From the NCBI GenBank assembly GCA_047495785.1, contig JBLDXI010000032.1, positions 2,790,001 to 2,854,000 on the forward strand: a DNA stretch of 64,000 nt. Direction: 5' to 3'. The notes beneath the pieces are model-generated. The model saw only the letters and a list, made by a program, of their open reading frames with translations, was not told where the DNA came from and searched no databases. Below, in pieces: positions 11,614 through 22,106 of this stretch (within the stretch, counting starts at the first letter, position 1; each line of letters begins with the position of its first letter). The translations under genes and the position numbers were made by a program. The stretch is from Lepidodermella squamata. Taxonomy: Eukaryota; Animalia; Gastrotricha.

Positions 11614-12837
11614 ATGATTTTGCTGGATAACAAAATTTATTGCATCCAAGGTTTGCTTTTACAAGCTATCGTCATGCTGGCAGGTGCGCAGTACGATGAG
11701 TCTTTGGCGGAGGATGAAGCTCCTTCTGAGGAGGAAAGATTCCCGCAGTCAATGACAGATGACCCAGGGGGCGTCTTTGACACTTCCGAAATCTTGACTT
11801 ATTGCCCCAACTTCTCACCAATGCGATACAGCCCTCTCAATACGAAGATCTCTCCTCGACTAGAGATTGCCGTTAGTTACGAGCCTTATAGTTTCAATGG
11901 AATCGATAGCACTGCAGAGGTCGCGTCAATAACTGGCTCACTCGAATTCCAATGGATGCCGCTATGCAGGAACTGGCAGCATTTTCGGAATCGGTCACAT
12001 TATTCGAAAATAGAATGCGAACCACCGAGCGTGATGTGGCGGCCGAAAATCATATTCCGGGGAAATAACAAGGCTTCCCTCAAATCGGACGACCGTGACG
12101 AGAGACTGTCTATCTCTGTTATGTCAGGCAAACCAGCAAACGAAATGTTTGACTTCCGATGGTCTTTGAGGGGCGAATTTTTTTCGTATTGCAAATTGAA
12201 TTTGCGCAAATTCCCCGCCGATACTCAGCGGTGTTATTTCATTTTTCAGCTGGGCGATAGTGGTCTCGACTTCAAGCTCAAAGAGTTTCTCCTACCTTTT
12301 GCTGCTCCACCAGAATCGTGGAACGCTGAATGGAATGTTATCTCTTATAATGCAAGTATCGTAAAAAACTATTACATTGGTACTCCGGCTGCAATTATAA
12401 CGATAACGGCAGTGAGGAAGCCTGAATTCTATCTCTACCATCTTGTTGCTCCATGTTTTGTGCTTGCGATTATGGAAATGTGCAGCTTTCTCCTGCCATC
12501 CGAAACTTCAGAAAGGGCTTCATACACCCTGACCATCTACCTAGCTTTCGCGGTTCTCGAATCGCAACTAATCACGATGATCCCAAAAACGCCACAGAAA
12601 ATGCTGATAGCTGACTTGATTCTTTTCCAAGCCGTTTTTTCGATGATGTGCACAATTTACTCGGCTTTCCTCTGCCTTTTCGTCAACACAAAACCGAATT
12701 TGGCTCAGAGAAAAATCACTTTATTCAGAAAGGTGAAGTTTTGTTTCCAGTCACTGCTGGATTTCTGTTTCTTTGTCATCTTTGCATCCGCTTTGATTAT
12801 TGCTACGATTTATTTCGTGTTATCTATTATGGAGTAG
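11614..12837 (+). CDS. Divergent Cys-loop LGIC subunit, intronless; LGIC-3
   Basis: Cys-loop CKLNLRKFPADTQRC; TM domain nearly identical to LGIC-2. Confidence 0.9.
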   Translation: MILLDNKIYCIQGLLLQAIVMLAGAQYDESLAEDEAPSEEERFPQSMTDDPGGVFDTSEILTYCPNFSPMRYSPLNTKISPRLEIAVSYEPYSFNGIDSTAEVASITGSLEFQWMPLCRNWQHFRNRSHYSKIECEPPSVMWRPKIIFRGNNKASLKSDDRDERLSISVMSGKPANEMFDFRWSLRGEFFSYCKLNLRKFPADTQRCYFIFQLGDSGLDFKLKEFLLPFAAPPESWNAEWNVISYNASIVKNYYIGTPAAIITITAVRKPEFYLYHLVAPCFVLAIMEMCSFLLPSETSERASYTLTIYLAFAVLESQLITMIPKTPQKMLIADLILFQAVFSMMCTIYSAFLCLFVNTKPNLAQRKITLFRKVKFCFQSLLDFCFFVIFASALIIATIYFVLSIME

Positions 12838-13014
12838 GAATGGAAGATGTAATATTTACTTAATGGGTTTTTTGTTCTCTGATTAAATAAAATATTTTAC
12901 GTCAATGGTACCGGATTGGGACTGAAGTTGTTGAATTAAAGTGCCGGAAGTGCGAAATAAACCTGAAATTAGCATTGAACAATTCATTTTTTGTCTTTAT
13001 TAACAAAATTTAGC

Positions 13015-14145
13015 ATGCTTGGTTTCATCCTTATTTTAGGGTTAATAACTGCTGGCGTCAGTGCAACCGAGCAGATCGTGTTGCAGCCTCGAACAACCCC
13101 GTTCTTTGAAATATCGGAACTGCTAACTTATTGTCCTAATTTGTCACCAAGCAGAATGCAGCCTCAAGATGCGCCTGTGCTAATGGACTTGAGAATAGAA
13201 CTCTACAGCTTCAATAGCCTTGACAGCACAGCCGAAATCATATCAGTAACCGGAATTGTTCAGTTTGTCTGGATAGTTAAATGCTCGCAATGGCAGCTGC
13301 TGAGCAACCTAACAACTGTAAGCTTGTTTTACATTGAACCGCCATCAGCGGTTTGGCGCCCGAAGGTTTTGCTATTGAATGGCCAACAAGTGGTGCTAAC
13401 AAACGGCTACTATGCCGAACAGGTCAGGGTCAGCCATGTTCCTACGTACAGGACGGAACTCATCTTCACGTGGGACATTCGCGGTCGATTCGATTACAAA
13501 TGTCCGTTGAATTTATACAAATTTCCCGGAGATTCGCAGCAATGCGAAGCCGTATTTCAAACGGGAGAGACTGCTATGACCAATAAATTTAAATCCTTCA
13601 ACACTTACTTGACGCCTTTCTTTACGAGTGATAAAGCTGAGTGGAATTTCATCTCGACAAATGCGACCATTCGACTTGGGCCCGGGTTAATGCCGCAAGC
13701 TATTTACACGATTGTAATATCTCGAAAATCTGGCTTCTACGTCACTCATCTCCTCACGCCGTGTTTCATCTTAGCGATCATGGAAATGTGCAGTTTCGGT
13801 CTACCGCCCGACACGGCTGAAAGAACGACTTATACTATGACGATATATCTGGCCTTTGCTGTTCTCGAATCTCAGTTGGTCAGTATGATCCCCCGAACTT
13901 CGGAACGAATGCTACTAGTCGACTACATCGTATTTCAAGCGGTCTTTTCAATGGTTTGCACCATTTACAGCACGGCGATGTGCATGTTCATCAACTACTG
14001 GCCAGACATGGCTGATCGCGAGGTTGAACTGGCGAAATGTTTCAAAGTCAGGCTCAGATCCATTATCGACTTGTTTGCTGTCGTAATTTTCTTCGTCTTC
14101 CTAGCCGGCACTACTGCCTATTATTTGCAAGAAATTCTGGCCTAG
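13015..14145 (+). CDS. Divergent Cys-loop LGIC subunit, intronless; LGIC-4
   Basis: Cys-loop CPLNLYKFPGDSQQC, M2 ERTTYTMTIYLAF. ATG 13015 matches the start of paralog 27042. Confidence 0.9.
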   Translation: MLGFILILGLITAGVSATEQIVLQPRTTPFFEISELLTYCPNLSPSRMQPQDAPVLMDLRIELYSFNSLDSTAEIISVTGIVQFVWIVKCSQWQLLSNLTTVSLFYIEPPSAVWRPKVLLLNGQQVVLTNGYYAEQVRVSHVPTYRTELIFTWDIRGRFDYKCPLNLYKFPGDSQQCEAVFQTGETAMTNKFKSFNTYLTPFFTSDKAEWNFISTNATIRLGPGLMPQAIYTIVISRKSGFYVTHLLTPCFILAIMEMCSFGLPPDTAERTTYTMTIYLAFAVLESQLVSMIPRTSERMLLVDYIVFQAVFSMVCTIYSTAMCMFINYWPDMADREVELAKCFKVRLRSIIDLFAVVIFFVFLAGTTAYYLQEILA

Positions 14146-14281
14146 TGATTTTTCAGTCCGGGGTCAACTGATATCTCAATGCCTTCGCCCTTGACAAGCA
14201 GCTTGAAAACCACTCGACCATCTGTATATCAGATCCTAATATGCCGCTCTATTTTTCTCATTTTTCGATTATTAATGCAAT

Positions 14282-15490
14282 ATGAAATTCGCTTTTCTGA
14301 TTCTCGTATTATCGGTTGTCTGTTATGAAAGTTATTGCTCTGCTGTTTCTGACTTGAATAAACGACCATCAGAGGCTGCTTCTGTTTTCTTGCTTCCCCA
14401 AGGCAACATATATACCAGCGCGCAGCTTTTGGAAAAATGCCCAAATTTTCACCCGGAAAGAATTAGCCCGTTGAAGAGAAGCACAATCGACCTGAACGCC
14501 CAGCTCAAAGTTGTGAATCTGACCACAATCGACGGTTCTCGCGAAGAGGTGCATATTACAGCGAGATGGATCTTGAATTGGTCTTGCGATTGCGTGGATA
14601 AAACTGCATTCTCGGAGGAAAATGAAACCAGTGAAATCATGACAAGCGCCTCAGAAATTTGGACACCCACCATACTGTTCACCAACAGCAAATCGATTTT
14701 ACTAACCGAATCAGGCTATCCGAGTGTGACTTTCGTTCGGTATCAGCCAGGCAAGAAGATCCAAAACTTGCCGCTGTTCGAATTTCAAACAGTCATCTTC
14801 GGAAATTTCAAATACGCATGCCATTTAGACCTGAGGGCGTTCCCAGCTGACGTTCAAAGTTGCGCGGCCTACTTTCAAGCATATCAATTTCGTGCGGCTT
14901 ACTATTTTCAATCGTGCGCCGTGTCAGACGCTAACAACATCATCAATGCTCAGTCGGATAATTCAGAATGGATTGTCCGCAATATCACCTGTTCGATTTT
15001 CTCGCAGGACACGTTTTCTGTCGTCTCTTACCGAATTGTAGCGGCGAGGAAGCCTGATTTTTTCCTCATCCACATGTTGATACCATGTTTCATCTTGGTC
15101 GTCATGGAGCTGTGTACCTTCGCGCTTACAGCAAGTGAAGTAGAGCGCACGACGTTCACAATGACAATTTATCTCGCTTTTACCTTAATCGAACAACAAC
15201 TGATTGATTTAATGCCTAAAACGCCGCAAAGAATTGTTTTAGCAGAGTATCTACTATTCCAATCTTGCTTTTCGATGTTCATGACGTTGTACGCTGCTTT
15301 GACGTGTTACTTCTGTGAGCATTATCCTAAAGCGGCCGGTAGAAAGGCGCTGCGAGTTTGCGGCCTTGTCAAATTGCGCGTAATTCAAATTGTTGACCTT
15401 GTTGCTTTTCTGGTTTGCTTGCTCACCTTAGCAGGCGCTTCTACCTATTTCATTTACACAATTTTCACAATTGACGTCGAAGACGAATGA
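14282..15490 (+). CDS. Divergent Cys-loop LGIC subunit, intronless; LGIC-5
   Basis: Signal peptide, PQGNI..CPNF N-terminus, Cys-loop CHLDLRAFPADVQSC, 4 TM. Confidence 0.9.
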   Translation: MKFAFLILVLSVVCYESYCSAVSDLNKRPSEAASVFLLPQGNIYTSAQLLEKCPNFHPERISPLKRSTIDLNAQLKVVNLTTIDGSREEVHITARWILNWSCDCVDKTAFSEENETSEIMTSASEIWTPTILFTNSKSILLTESGYPSVTFVRYQPGKKIQNLPLFEFQTVIFGNFKYACHLDLRAFPADVQSCAAYFQAYQFRAAYYFQSCAVSDANNIINAQSDNSEWIVRNITCSIFSQDTFSVVSYRIVAARKPDFFLIHMLIPCFILVVMELCTFALTASEVERTTFTMTIYLAFTLIEQQLIDLMPKTPQRIVLAEYLLFQSCFSMFMTLYAALTCYFCEHYPKAAGRKALRVCGLVKLRVIQIVDLVAFLVCLLTLAGASTYFIYTIFTIDVEDE

Positions 15491-15989
15491 TTCTTAACTT
15501 TTCTCTGAATTCTAAATTCGCTGGAATTTATTCTACGCTTCACCCCGGTATACCCCGAGAAGGAAACTCTTGTATAGTAAATTTTGATAATAAAAACTTT
15601 AGAATTAAGGCAGATTTTTTTATTTCAAAATGCTCGTTTTTTTGCTCGAGTCGGTAACATTGCAGTTTGGAGAATAGGATAACCAATCGGAAACTTCTGT
15701 GTGACTCATGATAAGAATTCTTTATCGGTTTGATCATTGCAGAGGGGAAAAACATTTGACCTTTTCCCATTCCCAAGTTTATCTGGCGGCGATAGTATTT
15801 TTTGCAATGCCGGATCCAGCCCCCGAGCCTATACATGCCGCGCCTTATTCTGCGATCATGCCGTCTCCCGTCTGCCACCTGGGGCCCAGGTTTTGGACCC
15901 AACCCAGCTGATTCAGTAAGCGTCCAAAAGGGTCATTTTTATTTTCAAACATTTCTCGAATAATCGGATTTTTAATTGGCTAATACGAA

Positions 15990-17267
15990 ATGTATCAGCC
16001 TCTTCTCCTTATGCTACTCTTGTCTTTATCAGTCGCCTGCCAGAACAACCAAACTAACGGGCCGTTTGGAGAGGACGATAGCGAAAGTGAAGAGTTCACC
16101 GATGTGATCGAACGGCCTAAAAAAATGTCAGCTGCCACCTTCGTCCTCCCCCAGGGCAACATTCATCGCAGTTCGGATGTTCTAGAAAAATGCCCAAATT
16201 TCCACCCGGAACGAATTAGCCCTTACAAAAATGTGACAGTGCAGATTCAAAGCTATTTCGACCTCTACAACCTGACAAGTATCGATGAGAGCCGGGAAGA
16301 AATAGTCATATCTGGCGGTCTTCGTTTTCGATGGACGATTGATTGCGAAGACCCGAATGCTTTCAACGAGGAGACAGAAAACAGTCGACTCAATGTCAAT
16401 CCTGACGACATGTGGAAACCCCTCATTTTATTCACAAACAGCAAAACTGCAATTCTATCGCAATCCGGTATATCTCAGACGCTGCAGGTTACGTATTCAC
16501 CGGGGCTGAAAGTTCAACATGCCCCGGCGTGGCTTTTTCAATGGGACATTATTGGCACGTTCAAATATTCCTGTGATCTTGACCTTCGTGGATTCCCGGC
16601 TGACGTTCAAAGTTGCGAGGCTGTTTTCCAAACTGCTGAGGGTATGAATGCTTATAACATTACCGGGATGAAATCCGGCGATAACCAAGACCTGAGGGAG
16701 ATCGTCTCCGAAAATTCTGAATGGGACATTCTTGGATTCTCGTATTCTGTTCGCAGGGGCTACGCGACGTCCTCTGTTGCTTCTTTCAAACTTGTCATCG
16801 CTCGAAGGCCTGATTTTTTCATGTTCCACATGGTTGCCCCGTGCTTCATCTTAGTTATCCTTGAACTGTGCAGTTTCGCCCTGCCGCCGAAAGGAGGAGA
16901 CCGGACCGCGTATACAATGGCAATCTATCTAGCTTTCACCTTCATCGAATCACAGCTGTTAGACGTCATGCCTCGAACCCCCCAGCGCATTGTTCTAGCT
17001 GAATACATCATGTTCCAAGCGTGTTATTCAATGAGCATAACACTCTATTCGGCAATTGTTTGCTATGTGCATGAAAACTATCCGTGGTTTTCGGAGAGAA
17101 AGTTTCGAAAAAAGCGTAGGTGGCTGCTGCAGCAGTTTATAGATTTGATAGCTTTCATCTGCTTTCTCATCGTATTGATCACCGCTTCTGTTTACTTTGT
17201 GACCACGATTCTAACAATAGACGACAACGATGATTACGATATTCCGTTCAAGGGTACTAAACATTGA
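15990..17267 (+). CDS. Divergent Cys-loop LGIC subunit, intronless; LGIC-6a
   Basis: Cys-loop CDLDLRGFPADVQSC, M2 DRTAYTMAIYLAF. Confidence 0.9.
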   Translation: MYQPLLLMLLLSLSVACQNNQTNGPFGEDDSESEEFTDVIERPKKMSAATFVLPQGNIHRSSDVLEKCPNFHPERISPYKNVTVQIQSYFDLYNLTSIDESREEIVISGGLRFRWTIDCEDPNAFNEETENSRLNVNPDDMWKPLILFTNSKTAILSQSGISQTLQVTYSPGLKVQHAPAWLFQWDIIGTFKYSCDLDLRGFPADVQSCEAVFQTAEGMNAYNITGMKSGDNQDLREIVSENSEWDILGFSYSVRRGYATSSVASFKLVIARRPDFFMFHMVAPCFILVILELCSFALPPKGGDRTAYTMAIYLAFTFIESQLLDVMPRTPQRIVLAEYIMFQACYSMSITLYSAIVCYVHENYPWFSERKFRKKRRWLLQQFIDLIAFICFLIVLITASVYFVTTILTIDDNDDYDIPFKGTKH

Positions 17268-17318
17268 AAAAAGTAATAAAAATTCTGTGCGAGAGGTTTC
17301 ACCTTGTTATTAAAAAAA

Positions 17319-18539
17319 ATGGAAAAATTCCATATTTTATCAGTGATTTTTCAAGTTGTTTTCGCGTATTCTTGCGGCAATGAAACTACGACCTCAGAAT
17401 TTGTTGTTCCCACAAGGAAGAAATCAAGCCCTGCATCATTCATCGCACCGCAAGGCAACATTGATTCCCCGATGGAAGTTCTGGGGAAATGTCCTAATTT
17501 CAGCCCTAATCGAATCACTCCATCTAAGTCGGACACTTTCGATATCCTCAGCTTCTTCGAAATAAATAGCATCACGAGTGTGGATAATGCGATGGAAGAA
17601 ATCTCTATGACTGGATTGATGCGATTTTCCTGGTTTTTAGAATGCTCCGATAAGACGGCCTTTCCTAACGAAACTGAAATCAGTCGGTTCCAGGCTGATC
17701 CTAATTCGTTCTGGAAGCCGTCGATAATTTTTCTGAACAGCAGATACCTATCGCTTGAGACAATGTCAAGCCAGTTAACCGTTACGTTCTCGCCGTCTCG
17801 GCGCGGCTATGGCGATCCTCCGTTCTTTTTCAGCTGGCGACTTGTGGGCAATTTTCCGTATTTTTGCAAGCTGAACCTCGAGTACTTCCCAAGCGACGTC
17901 CAGCGATGTGAAGCGGTTTTTCAAACCGAAGAACCTTCAAGTTTGTACAACTTCTCGCGTGTTGCTTATGGGAAGGCTGAATTGATCGCACAAGGCAATT
18001 CAGAGTGGCGGTACATCGGCTGTGAAGTTCAAGTTCGAAAAGGCTTCGCATTGACCTCGGTAACAAGCTTCGCCATCTCACTAGCGCGAAGGCCCGAGTT
18101 CTATTTCACGCACATGGTTGTGCCTTGCATAGTCCTAGTCGTGTTGGAAATGTGCTGCTTCGCCTTGCCGTGGGAAACGGCAGAACGGGCCCAGTTTACC
18201 ATGTCGATCTATTTGGCATTCACGTTCATCGAGGCGCAGCTGCTAAATTCTATCCCACAAACATCGCAGCGAATTTTACTGGCTGATTTTCTAGTTTACC
18301 AATCGTTCTTTTCAACGCTAATCACTATTTACGCTTCGGTTTGTTGCCTGATTTGGCGCTTGTTTCCAGCTATATCGAATAGGCTGTATTTCGGTGTTCG
18401 ATTGAGAATCATCGTCGATGCAATCGCCTTCACTTTATGCTTGATCATTGCTGCTTCTGTTATTACGAGTTTCATAACGACTGTTTTCAGTAATCGAAGT
18501 GAACCGAAATTGGTATGTAGCGATACTTCTGCTATATGA
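17319..18539 (+). CDS. Divergent Cys-loop LGIC subunit, intronless; LGIC-7a
   Basis: Cys-loop CKLNLEYFPSDVQRC, M2 ERAQFTMSIYLAF. First ATG is at 17319 (the track start is TTG). Confidence 0.9.
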   Translation: MEKFHILSVIFQVVFAYSCGNETTTSEFVVPTRKKSSPASFIAPQGNIDSPMEVLGKCPNFSPNRITPSKSDTFDILSFFEINSITSVDNAMEEISMTGLMRFSWFLECSDKTAFPNETEISRFQADPNSFWKPSIIFLNSRYLSLETMSSQLTVTFSPSRRGYGDPPFFFSWRLVGNFPYFCKLNLEYFPSDVQRCEAVFQTEEPSSLYNFSRVAYGKAELIAQGNSEWRYIGCEVQVRKGFALTSVTSFAISLARRPEFYFTHMVVPCIVLVVLEMCCFALPWETAERAQFTMSIYLAFTFIEAQLLNSIPQTSQRILLADFLVYQSFFSTLITIYASVCCLIWRLFPAISNRLYFGVRLRIIVDAIAFTLCLIIAASVITSFITTVFSNRSEPKLVCSDTSAI

Positions 18540-19314
18540 ATACACCCTTATTCGAAGACCATTCGAAAAAGCTTTGCTCCGTCGGACCTAAATGGCCTGT
18601 ATTAGGATAAACTTTGTCCAATAAATTATTTTACTTAATTTCACAGAAGTCAAAATCTGTGGACTCTTGATTCCCTCGCGGTTGTCTATTTTTTACTTGA
18701 TTCAATTACCAGACCGAATATCATGAAAAATCGTTCGAATAGCTGATCCGTAGAGAAAGGAATGAGCTTTCGAAAGACGCAGCAAAAGCATGTTTGGCGA
18801 GAATCTTGCACGAAAAAATAAAAAAAATCAGATTTTCTTCAGCAACTTTTTAAGGTCGCTTGTGATTTCAAATAATTCGGTCATCCGATACGACAGATAC
18901 GGTCGTATCGGATACGGTCATCCGATTTGACCCAGAAAGTGATACAGGAATCCTTGTGTTTCGGGTCGAAACTCTCCGGAATCACTGTTTTAAAAATAAC
19001 TTTAATAAAAGCCGAAATCGATAAAGTTGATCGATGAAAAAAGGCCGGCTATTTTTGAATTCGGAAAAATAGATGTTGTAGCAAGTAATGCCAAATGGAT
19101 ATTCCCGCCGGAAAGGTTGTAGGATGTTAGGAACGGCGACGAGGTAGCTTTTCCGGTCAAAATACCCCAAACCCGCGGTAAAAGCAGGCAGAATCGAAAT
19201 CAAGAGGACAAGCCGATTTTATTTTCCAGTTTATTTTCCTTTTTCTTATTCTATAAAAAAGTACCTATTCAACAATATCTTTGTGCTAATCAGTGCTGAG
19301 ATAATGAGTCATTG

Positions 19315-20173
19315 CTAATTAGAAATCATGCCATTAAGCAAGGAAAATGCTACGACAGCGCCAGCCAGAAGGAAGAAGGTGGCAGAGAAACGGTAACCAG
19401 CACAGCAACCTGGAAATAATAAAATATCATCGATTAAAATCACGGCAATTGAGCCAAATTACGCGTGCAGTTGCAATCGTCGTAGTTACAACAGGCGTCA
19501 ATGTCCTTATCGCTTGAGTTGTTGTGTTTTTCACCTGATGAACTGGCACAGTCCGCGTGGCTTGCACAGGATTGAACAGCCACGTCCGTCTCTTGAGTCC
19601 ATTCGAGCTTGAAAAATTCAAAATTCTCAGTCAAACTTGGAAAGGTCGTGGATAAAAGCTATCTCTGGTCTTTTAGAGGCTACCTTCAACCAGGATAAAC
19701 AGTTATAAATAGCATTTCTAGTTATCTTGCGCAATTAAACTCTCTGAATGGTGCGGCGACAAAACAGCAACTGTGCAGAACAGCGAATGCGACGAAACAG
19801 CAAATTTGTTATTTCGCGAAATAACAGCGAAAACTTACTGCGTAAAAGATGCATTGTGTTTCTGCTGTTATGTCGCAAATTAAAAAATTTGCTATTATGT
19901 CGCGTTTGCTGTTTTGTGTATTTGCTGTTACGACGGTCTGCGATAATATTCAGAGGGCAAATAACCAAAGCCCTGTAGTTAATTTTGAGCAATCAAATTT
20001 AATTGAGATACCTTGCACATGGTCTTATCGGATGGGCAGCTAATACCCTCAATCTTTTCTATAGCTTGACATTCTTCCAGAGTTCCCGTGCAGACATGGC
20101 ACGATATCGCCGAGGTAGCGTCGAATAAAAATACGAAAATAAGGAACACGTAAGAGATCAGTTTGTCGCACAT
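19315..20173 (-). CDS. Ly6/uPAR (three-finger) protein, probably GPI-anchored, 3 exons; Ly6-1a
   Basis: Exons 20173-20012, 19607-19463, 19409-19315. Signal peptide, then ISCHVC..C..CPSDKTMCK|LEW..SC..C..CCNYDDCNC, then a hydrophobic tail (FSATFFLLAGAVVAFSLL). CCxxDxCN is the LU-domain terminal motif. Confidence 0.85.
19740..19957. mobile_element. Fold-back/MITE-like element in intron 1 of Ly6-1a (duplicated at 24528-24745)
   Basis: Ends ctctctgaat / attcagaggg are inverted. The left arm has gcgaNNNaacagc subrepeats and the right arm their reverse complements (tttgctgttNtgtcgc-like). Confidence 0.6.
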
Positions 20174-20777
20174 TGGTATATAGGTTCGAGAATATTTAAT
20201 TGATTGAGTGTATTGTGACAGATAATGAAAAAGTGAACAAAAACTAGAGCTCATTTATCGTTTAGCGCTTTATCGTTGAGACGGCCTTTCTGAACACGTG
20301 CTTTCCTACGATCTTCCGCGCCAAAAATATCACACATGACGCGTTCGAAAATAGATGGCATTCCTTGGGAAATGCTTTGAATTTTGTGACATGTGGTCGC
20401 GTGCCTTCATCTGGGTATCACTATATTTATACAACTGTAACTGCCTCTACAAAAAAAGCTTCAGTACGAACAAAAATTAAAACTGGCTTGAATTTTCCTA
20501 GATAATCGCCGTTGAAGCTGGTTGCAATCGGGTTTGAAAGGTAGGCAAGATGGAAACATATAAAAATACCGATTCTATTGCCAGAATTTGTTTGTCAATT
20601 TCAAGGTTCAAGCCTGTCTACTTTGCTGTAGACTTAGTGGAACTAGCGAATTTTCCCAATTGGTCGAAAAATTTGAAACATAATTGATTGCTCAAAAAAG
20701 ATCCAGGGAAGCATTCATTTCATTTTTTTCCACGATTAACGATTACATTTTCAATCTTTTTAATTGGCTAATACGAA

Positions 20778-22055
20778 ATGTATCAGCCTCTTCTCCTTAT
20801 GCTACTCTTGTCTTTATCAGTCGCCTGCCAGAACAACCAAACTAACGGGCCGTTTGGAGAGGACGATAGCGAAAGTGAAGAGTTCACCGATGTGATCGAA
20901 CGGCCTAAAAAAATGTCAGCTGCCACCTTCGTCCTCCCCCAGGGCAACATTCATCGCAGTTCGGATGTTCTAGAAAAATGCCCAAATTTCCACCCGGAAC
21001 GAATTAGCCCTTACAAAAATGTGACAGTGCAGATTCAAAGCTATTTCGACCTCTACAACCTGACAAGTATCGATGAGAGCCGGGAAGAAATAGTCATATC
21101 TGGCGGTCTTCGTTTTCGATGGACGATTGATTGCGAAGACCCGAATGCTTTCAACGAGGAGACAGAAAACAGTCGACTCAATGTCAATCCTGACGACATG
21201 TGGAAACCCCTCATTTTATTCACAAACAGCAAAACTGCAATTCTATCGCAATCCGGTATATCTCAGACGCTGCAGGTTACGTATTCACCGGGGCTGAAAG
21301 TTCAACATGCCCCGGCGTGGCTTTTTCAATGGGACATTATTGGCACGTTCAAATATTCCTGTGATCTTGACCTTCGTGGATTCCCGGCTGACGTTCAAAG
21401 TTGCGAGGCTGTTTTCCAAACTGCTGAGGGTATGAATGCTTATAACATTACCGGGATGAAATCCGGCGATAACCAAGACCTGAGGGAGATCGTCTCCGAA
21501 AATTCTGAATGGGACATTCTTGGATTCTCGTATTCTGTTCGCAGGGGCTACGCGACGTCCTCTGTTGCTTCTTTCAAACTTGTCATCGCTCGAAGGCCTG
21601 ATTTTTTCATGTTCCACATGGTTGCCCCGTGCTTCATCTTAGTTATCCTTGAACTGTGCAGTTTCGCCCTGCCGCCGAAAGGAGGAGACCGGACCGCGTA
21701 TACAATGGCAATCTATCTAGCTTTCACCTTCATCGAATCACAGCTGTTAGACGTCATGCCTCGAACCCCCCAGCGCATTGTTCTAGCTGAATACATCATG
21801 TTCCAAGCGTGTTATTCAATGAGCATAACACTCTATTCGGCAATTGTTTGCTATGTGCATGAAAACTATCCGTGGTTTTCGGAGAGAAAGTTTCGAAAAA
21901 AGCGTAGGTGGCTGCTGCAGCAGTTTATAGATTTGATAGCTTTCATCTGCTTTCTCATCGTATTGATCACCGCTTCTGTTTACTTTGTGACCACGATTCT
22001 AACAATAGACGACAACGATGATTACGATATTCCGTTCAAGGGTACTAAACATTGA
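20778..22055 (+). CDS. Cys-loop LGIC subunit LGIC-6b (identical copy of 15990-17267)
   Basis: Identical translation; lies in the second duplication unit. Confidence 0.9.
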   Translation: MYQPLLLMLLLSLSVACQNNQTNGPFGEDDSESEEFTDVIERPKKMSAATFVLPQGNIHRSSDVLEKCPNFHPERISPYKNVTVQIQSYFDLYNLTSIDESREEIVISGGLRFRWTIDCEDPNAFNEETENSRLNVNPDDMWKPLILFTNSKTAILSQSGISQTLQVTYSPGLKVQHAPAWLFQWDIIGTFKYSCDLDLRGFPADVQSCEAVFQTAEGMNAYNITGMKSGDNQDLREIVSENSEWDILGFSYSVRRGYATSSVASFKLVIARRPDFFMFHMVAPCFILVILELCSFALPPKGGDRTAYTMAIYLAFTFIESQLLDVMPRTPQRIVLAEYIMFQACYSMSITLYSAIVCYVHENYPWFSERKFRKKRRWLLQQFIDLIAFICFLIVLITASVYFVTTILTIDDNDDYDIPFKGTKH

Positions 22056-22106
22056 AAAAAGTAATAAAAATTCTGTGCGAGAGGTTTCACCTTGTTATTA
22101 AAAAAA

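Noticed and set aside
15540-15919. Three overlapping short ORFs in a GC-richer intergenic patch
   Set aside because: No recognisable domain, splice structure or paralog in the window; probably a repeat remnant.
19750-19935. Short spaced repeats that superficially resemble a CRISPR array
   Set aside because: Repeats are degenerate, switch orientation midway and lack unique spacers; the context is a eukaryotic intron with no cas genes.
19735-20043. Overlapping Arg/Cys-rich ORFs on both strands (and copies at 24523-24831)
   Set aside because: Produced by the fold-back repeat inside the Ly6-1 intron; low complexity.
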